Source: a virus (taxonomy: Duplodnaviria; Caudoviricetes). From it: 64,000 nt of DNA. Under the pieces are notes generated by a model. The model ran no database searches. It saw nothing but the letters and a program-made list of their open reading frames with translations, and had not been told where the DNA came from. The stretch is from the IMG/VR virus record IMGVR_UViG_2548876794_000003, positions 114,961 through 178,960 of that record. One strand, given 5' to 3'. The number at the start of each line of letters is the position of its first letter. The first letter of the stretch is position 1. Below are positions 58,833 through 64,000 of this stretch, piece by piece. Position numbers and translations under genes: made by a program.

Positions 58833-61307
58833 ATGGAGGAAAATAAAGATTTACTTAGCGAAGTTGAAGCTCGCCAGGAAAGCGAAGCAGAAGTCGTAAC
58901 AGAAATAACACCGCAACTTAACGGTGAAGATAAAACAGCTGCAGAGGTGACGCCACGTTTTTCGGATACTAATGTAACAGCTGTTGAAGCAGTTGTGCGT
59001 CGTTCTTCTATTAACGAAATACATACAGAAGTGACAATCGCAGCGGTGCCAACTTCTATCGAAGAAAGTACAGATGCGTTGGTAGAAGTTCGAAAAAGCA
59101 ATTCGATTGCAGTTGATATAGAACTTGATGTAACCGAGAAGCCAATCGTTTTATCGAATGGCCAGAATGATGTGCTGACAGAAATTACAATTGCGCCACG
59201 TACTCAAGATGAAGCAAACGATGTTCCAAGTGAAGTGGTTGTGCAACGTCATGCAATTGACGAAACAGAAGTAGAACTTGAAGTACTTGAACCGCAACTC
59301 AATGATATGCATAACGACATTAATGTCGAAGTGACGCCGCGTATTCGTGTAAGCACCACAGCAGACATCGAGACAGAAATGGAAGTCCATGCTTACGTGA
59401 TGAAAGATGCACCAATAGAGTTCATCGTACAGCGTTCTAGCCAAGAAGATGCCGCAGCAGAAATCACCATTCAAGGTTATGGATCCGCCGCATTAACTAC
59501 GGAACTACTTGTGCAACGACATAGCCAAAGTGAAACAGAAATGGAGTTAGTTGTTTCAACGCCGAATACACGTAGCGATAAAGAAACAGCCGTAACAATT
59601 CCAGCGCATAACTGGGCTTATGGTGCCTACAATTTAATGATGCCGCCAAGTGTGAATGTACGCTTAGAAGCTGTACGCGATGCATTTGCTCGTAAAGAAG
59701 AAGGCTACACACGACTGAATTACGGTGAAGCGTCAACAATCCAATTGAAAAAAGTAGGAGACCTCGAAAGTGAAACCTTTGTCGGGTTCGACATTTCTTC
59801 ATTAGATCCAGCGATGGCTTACACCGAAGCATTTATCGAGCTGTCGTACAGCGGAATTATTCCAGAAGGTACAGAGCTTGCGTTAAATGCAGTGCGTGAA
59901 GCATGGGGCGAGCTTTCATTAACATGGGAGAACCGTCCATCGAATGAGCCACTTGTATATGACAATTTCGTTATTGATGAAGCTAACAACAAGATTCGCT
60001 ATTACATCACAAACTACTTGAAAAAGTGGGTGGTCGGTGCCGTTGAGAATGAAGGTTTCCGTATTTACTATGGCGCAAATAGTTCAGAAGGCGCGGTGTT
60101 CATGCGTTCTCGTGAAAACAAAGAGAAAGCATTCCGTCCGGTACTGTCAGTTACCTACGTGGACCCGAATATCAAAAATGTTGGACGGAAGAATGTAGAT
60201 GTTGAATTGAATGTCCTTCAAAAATCAACAAGCCGTATCTATACAGTTGTCGAACCTTCTGCCGTATTCTCTAGCAAGCTATTGCCAACAGAATTATATG
60301 TCCACCAAGTTGACGTACCGCTTGAAAGCGACATCTTAACAGAAGTGACAATTTCAAAACCATTCGTCGAAACGAAAATGGTTGTACGTCGTAGTGCTAC
60401 GGTGGTAGGGGACGTTGAAGTAACACCTCGATTAAAAACAATACGTGAGCGTTCTGCAGAATTCACTGTTAGCCGTAAACAAACAGATGCAGAAATTTAT
60501 GTATTCCATCGTGCGGGCACAGATGCAGAGATCGAAGTACGTCAACGTACAACAAATACTATGCCTATTGAATTTGCAGTAAGCAGACTAGCCACAGATG
60601 TTGTATTAACAGCTCGTCAAACTGTTAAGAATGTACCGGTAGAAGATTTAGTATTCCATGGTGGGGTGGACGCAGAAGGAAAACCGCTGCCAAGACCGGC
60701 TGGTGCTGGCGGTGCAACGCTTGTCGAAGTGACAGCGAGCCGTAAACAAATGCTTGCTTCTATTGAAGTCCTTAGCCCAACTTTAATGAGCGACCGCATG
60801 GTTGTATTAAATGTTGATCCAATGGCTAAATCTAGTTTAGATGCAGAGATCAGTGTAGTTCGACCATCGACAGATGTTGAAGTAGAACCTCGACTAGCTC
60901 GCCATTCAAACGTTGATGCAGAAGTCGTTGTATCAAAAAGTTTTGTTGGCGCAGAAGTATTTGTAACACGACCAACTACATACGTTGAATTTATCAGCAA
61001 AGCATTGCGACAATCTGACGTAGAGACAGAAGTAACAGCTATTCGTAAAGAAAACTACGTTGAAGTAACGGTTCCGTACGATGGCTTTTCTGATATTGAA
61101 ACAGAGATTTTACCGCGAGTACTGCGAGCAAGTGATGTTGAAACGTACATCGAAGTCATGTCATCTGACGAAGCTACACTAGAAACAGAGGTAGCTGCTA
61201 CGCGTACTGGTATTCTGACAGAGTTCTATCCGCGTGTTCCAGCAATTTCTGTGACAGAAGCAGAGATTACAGTAGCAAGCAAAGGTGCTTACGCATTTAT
61301 CATGTAG
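58833..61307 (+). CDS. DNRLRE (CBM96-like) domain protein flanked by beta-strand repeats
   Basis: RDAFAR...NYG...FVGFDISSL...WGELSLTWENRP...SREN...RPVLSVTY; ~15-aa repeats of (S/D)-V-E-T-E-V-x-V on both sides. Confidence 0.7.
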   Translation: MEENKDLLSEVEARQESEAEVVTEITPQLNGEDKTAAEVTPRFSDTNVTAVEAVVRRSSINEIHTEVTIAAVPTSIEESTDALVEVRKSNSIAVDIELDVTEKPIVLSNGQNDVLTEITIAPRTQDEANDVPSEVVVQRHAIDETEVELEVLEPQLNDMHNDINVEVTPRIRVSTTADIETEMEVHAYVMKDAPIEFIVQRSSQEDAAAEITIQGYGSAALTTELLVQRHSQSETEMELVVSTPNTRSDKETAVTIPAHNWAYGAYNLMMPPSVNVRLEAVRDAFARKEEGYTRLNYGEASTIQLKKVGDLESETFVGFDISSLDPAMAYTEAFIELSYSGIIPEGTELALNAVREAWGELSLTWENRPSNEPLVYDNFVIDEANNKIRYYITNYLKKWVVGAVENEGFRIYYGANSSEGAVFMRSRENKEKAFRPVLSVTYVDPNIKNVGRKNVDVELNVLQKSTSRIYTVVEPSAVFSSKLLPTELYVHQVDVPLESDILTEVTISKPFVETKMVVRRSATVVGDVEVTPRLKTIRERSAEFTVSRKQTDAEIYVFHRAGTDAEIEVRQRTTNTMPIEFAVSRLATDVVLTARQTVKNVPVEDLVFHGGVDAEGKPLPRPAGAGGATLVEVTASRKQMLASIEVLSPTLMSDRMVVLNVDPMAKSSLDAEISVVRPSTDVEVEPRLARHSNVDAEVVVSKSFVGAEVFVTRPTTYVEFISKALRQSDVETEVTAIRKENYVEVTVPYDGFSDIETEILPRVLRASDVETYIEVMSSDEATLETEVAATRTGILTEFYPRVPAISVTEAEITVASKGAYAFIM

Positions 61308-61320
61308 CATATTGTATTCA

Positions 61321-61350
61321 AAGGTCTACACTTTATTGTGTAGGCCTTTT
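61321..61350 (+). terminator. Intrinsic terminator (copy 1 of a duplicated hairpin)
   Basis: AAGGTCTACACtttattGTGTAGGCCTTTT. Confidence 0.75.
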
Positions 61351-61459
61351 ATGAGTCTAAAACTTTGAGCAAATGTAAATACCTGTATACAAAACATCCC
61401 CAGTAAATTACAATAAAATAGAAAAAAATACAACTATTTTATTAAATAAGGAGATTAAG

Positions 61460-62746
61460 ATGCCTAGATGTATTCACTGTAATCATTTTAATGAAAATAA
61501 TAATAAGGTTTGTTCAAAGTGTGGACAAAGATTGAAAGGAATAAATTTAGATTATTTTTCACAAAATAAAAAAGTGCAACCTAGTAGACCGATAATTAAA
61601 GCACCGCCGCTTCCAGAGCAATATCGTTCAAACACGCAATACCAAAGTAACTATAATGGCAGTAACAATGGTCGTAATAATAAGAAAAGAAAAATTCGTA
61701 GTGGCAGACTAGGAGCAATAATTATTGGAGTGGCTATACTTTTTATAGCGTTCGTTTTTGGCCCAGCAATTTATGGGAGTCTCACTAAAACAGATGCGGA
61801 GAAAAAAATTGAAAAGTCGCTTACAGATAAAGAGAAAAAGGAATTCGAAATTTATGTTGAGCGAGCAGACGATAGCTATGATGACGATGATTATCAAAGC
61901 TCAAAAAAATATTTAAACAAAGCTCTTAAAATAAATAAAGAGTCTACGCTTGCTCGCAAAAGATATGAAAAAACTATTGCGAAATTAGATAAACAAAAAA
62001 TCAAAGAAGCTACGAAATTATCTAACGATTACTATTTTGAAAAAGCTATCAAATCTTTAAAAACCGTCAAACCTAAAACTAAATATACAAAAGAAGAAAA
62101 TAAGTTTTACGATGACGCTAAGAATGAAATTAACTATGTATTATTAAAAAAAGGTGACTACCTTAAAGAGCAGGGCAAGCTTTCAGATGCTAAGGCTACT
62201 TACAATCGAATGTATGCGGATAGCTACAAATACGACGACGGTCAGGACAGAATAGAAGAAATTAATAATCCAGAGCCTTCTAGCAATTCGAATTCTACTG
62301 AGACGGTTGTAAGCTCTAAACCCGACGAAAAAGTTGAGGATCCACAGATCGCACTAAACAGACGTATAGACAGTACTACAACAGTAGAATACTGGAAACT
62401 GCAAAAATCTCCAGGTAAATACAAGGGGCAAGATGTTTATATGAGTGGGGAAGTATATGATATTCAAGAAATAAATAATAAGACGTTAATGCTTTTAAAC
62501 GTGGGTGAGGATGACGATGGCAAGGTTCAAACTGTGTTGGCTGTATATCCAAAAGGCACTGACATAAAAGAACATGACTATGCAGAAGTTTACGGAAAAG
62601 TCATAGGAGGATATGCACAAGATTCAAGGTACATTTATGACTACTTAGGAAGCCAATATTATATATACTACAATAACAATAGTAATTTTTCACAGTCGCC
62701 AATACTAGAAGGATTCTATATATATGCGAATGATAAGGTTCAATAA
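61460..62746 (+). CDS. Membrane-anchored protein: Zn ribbon, TM, helical/TPR-like region, C-terminal OB-like domain
   Basis: CIHC...CSKCG; LGAIIIGVAILFIAFVFGPAIY; PGKYKGQDVYMSGEVYDIQE...AEVYGKV; AT-rich. Confidence 0.7.
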   Translation: MPRCIHCNHFNENNNKVCSKCGQRLKGINLDYFSQNKKVQPSRPIIKAPPLPEQYRSNTQYQSNYNGSNNGRNNKKRKIRSGRLGAIIIGVAILFIAFVFGPAIYGSLTKTDAEKKIEKSLTDKEKKEFEIYVERADDSYDDDDYQSSKKYLNKALKINKESTLARKRYEKTIAKLDKQKIKEATKLSNDYYFEKAIKSLKTVKPKTKYTKEENKFYDDAKNEINYVLLKKGDYLKEQGKLSDAKATYNRMYADSYKYDDGQDRIEEINNPEPSSNSNSTETVVSSKPDEKVEDPQIALNRRIDSTTTVEYWKLQKSPGKYKGQDVYMSGEVYDIQEINNKTLMLLNVGEDDDGKVQTVLAVYPKGTDIKEHDYAEVYGKVIGGYAQDSRYIYDYLGSQYYIYYNNNSNFSQSPILEGFYIYANDKVQ

Positions 62747-62748
62747 TG

Positions 62749-62786
62749 AAAAGACCTACACTTTATTGTGTAGGCTTTTATTTTTC
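62749..62786 (+). terminator. Intrinsic terminator (copy 2 of a duplicated hairpin)
   Basis: AAGACCTACACtttattGTGTAGGCTTTT. Confidence 0.75.
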
Positions 62787-62896
62787 CATGAAATTTTTAT
62801 TTTTACGATAGCTATTACATTACAATTAAATATATTTATGTGTATAATACGTTAAACCTATCAATTAGATAGGTTTATTTAATTTGATATGGAGGG

Positions 62897-63466
62897 ATGA
62901 TTTTGACACAAGAGAAAAGAAACAAAAGAAAAACTTATTTAAAAGAATTAGACGAAGTAAGAGCTTCAAAAAGCGAAGACTTTGAAGCTAATTTTAACAC
63001 CTTCTTTGACAGCTTAGCTGTAGATGATGTTAAGCTAGAAACCATGATAGACATTTCAGAAGCGAAAAGTCTGGAGTGGAATGGAAGTAGAGATGTATCT
63101 TTAACAATGAGCGGCATAGGTATATCAATGCTTATTTCGTTTGTTCTTGCGAGTGGTGATAGCTTGTATAGTTTCCATGTACTTATTAGCGGTTTACTCA
63201 CAGGAGTATTTGCATTTCTTTTCTTTTATTCTGCAAACGAGAGAGATAGCTATGCCAATTTAGCAATAGAACTTAAAGATAGATATAAAGAAAAATGCCT
63301 TTCGGATAGCAAAGGAACATTATCTTTTGCGGAGATTAAGCAAGCTATTGACGCCAAAGAAACAGCGCTCGCCAAAGCACTTGCAGAAGCAGAAGCCAAA
63401 GTAGCAGAAGCAGAAGCCAAAGTAGCAGAAGCAGAAGCCAAAGCAGAGCTTAATAACTCAAACTGA
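62897..63466 (+). CDS. Two-TM membrane protein with a C-terminal coiled coil
   Basis: Two hydrophobic helices at about aa 68-110; AEAEAKV repeats; own TATAAT promoter and GGAGGG RBS. Confidence 0.65.
   Translation: MILTQEKRNKRKTYLKELDEVRASKSEDFEANFNTFFDSLAVDDVKLETMIDISEAKSLEWNGSRDVSLTMSGIGISMLISFVLASGDSLYSFHVLISGLLTGVFAFLFFYSANERDSYANLAIELKDRYKEKCLSDSKGTLSFAEIKQAIDAKETALAKALAEAEAKVAEAEAKVAEAEAKAELNNSN
63383..63443 (+). repeat. 21-bp tandem repeat, about 3 copies (AEAEAKV heptad)
   Basis: GCAGAAGCAGAAGCCAAAGTA x2 plus a partial copy. Confidence 0.85.
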
Positions 63467-63498
63467 TTTTTCCTTTATGGTACAATGTGAAAAAGGTG

Positions 63499-63686
63499 GT
63501 ATGTACATGACACATTCAGCTAACAAAAACGATAGGACACCAGACGTATTACCAGATTGGTTCGTTGACAACCAAGTGTCTGAGGAGCCTGTTGAACGCG
63601 ATTTAACGGATGAAGAGTGGAAAGCAGAAAGAGCAAAAGTATTGGACCTGTTAGGTTTGATAGATGAAAAAGAAGAGCTGAAATAG
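63499..63686 (+). CDS. Small acidic hypothetical protein (start uncertain)
   Basis: AAAGGTGG RBS; LPDWF...DEEWKAERAK; followed by a terminator. Confidence 0.5.
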
Positions 63687-63770
63687 GCTCTTTTTTCATG
63701 CGTATAAATACCTATTTTTGCTAGTTCTCATAATAAATCTTTACGCGAATTAGCAAAGCAAAAAAACAAA

Positions 63771-63796
63771 AAAGACAGCTCGTCGGCTGTCTTTTT
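63771..63796. terminator. Bidirectional terminator
   Basis: AAAGACAGCtcgtcgGCTGTCTTTTT. Confidence 0.7.
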
Positions 63797-63810
63797 ACTT
63801 TCAAATGTAT

Positions 63811-63999
63811 CTATTTGTTAAAGCTTTTTCTAATCCAGTTTTCAAGATCAGGTAGCGTAGTCTTTAGTGTGATACTAAGAAGTGTTTCTGTGCCCATATC
63901 AGATGTAATGAATCCCAAATCTACTGACACTGTAAAAAAGTATATCGTTTTGTCATGGGGATATTGTTCATAACTAAATTCTATTCCTGGAGAGTCTAC
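63811..63999 (-). CDS. 3' end of a minus-strand gene running off the window
   Basis: Open frame ...VDSPGIEFSYEQYPHDKTIYFFTVSVDLGF...NWIRKSFNK* converging on the terminator. Confidence 0.55.
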   Translation of the reverse strand, partial: VDSPGIEFSYEQYPHDKTIYFFTVSVDLGFITSDMGTETLLSITLKTTLPDLENWIRKSFNK

Positions 64000-64000
64000 A

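Overview
This window is almost entirely + strand and densely coding. It looks like part of a large (jumbo-scale) contractile-tailed phage of a low-GC Firmicute; a Bacillales host is inferred from the GGAGG-type RBSs, sigmaA-type promoters, TTATCCACA DnaA boxes and Rep type. It also carries a plasmid-type replicon, which suggests a phage-plasmid. Layout: (1) 1-30.2 kb is baseplate hub, spike, wedge and fibre-type structural genes plus two holin-like genes, interrupted by an antisense moron (Cys-rich halocin C8-like bacteriocin precursor plus a 57-aa membrane protein absent from the ORF track). (2) 30.3-44 kb is a replication/transcription module: AEP primase, DnaB-like helicase, PD-(D/E)XK and DUF1064-like nucleases, a sigma factor, an RHH regulator absent from the ORF track, RecJ and DnaE. 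Both the helicase and DnaE are broken by single -1 frame changes. (3) 44.8-61.3 kb is a mosaic of small cassettes for putative receptor-binding/decoration proteins (discoidin-like, SPRY, LamG, Mtd/CLec-like, Gly-rich, DNRLRE), with a Rep_3 initiator and iteron origin inserted among them. The origin has 22-bp iterons, an AT-rich unwinding region and four perfect DnaA boxes, two of them inside a coding sequence. (4) AT-rich membrane-protein morons lie at the end. A (G/C)GTACT(A/G)W motif precedes nine structural or accessory transcription units and is the best candidate for the late promoter read by the phage sigma factor. No capsid, terminase, integrase, RNA gene, CRISPR array or reverse transcriptase was seen. 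All functional calls come from motif recognition by eye, not from database searches.
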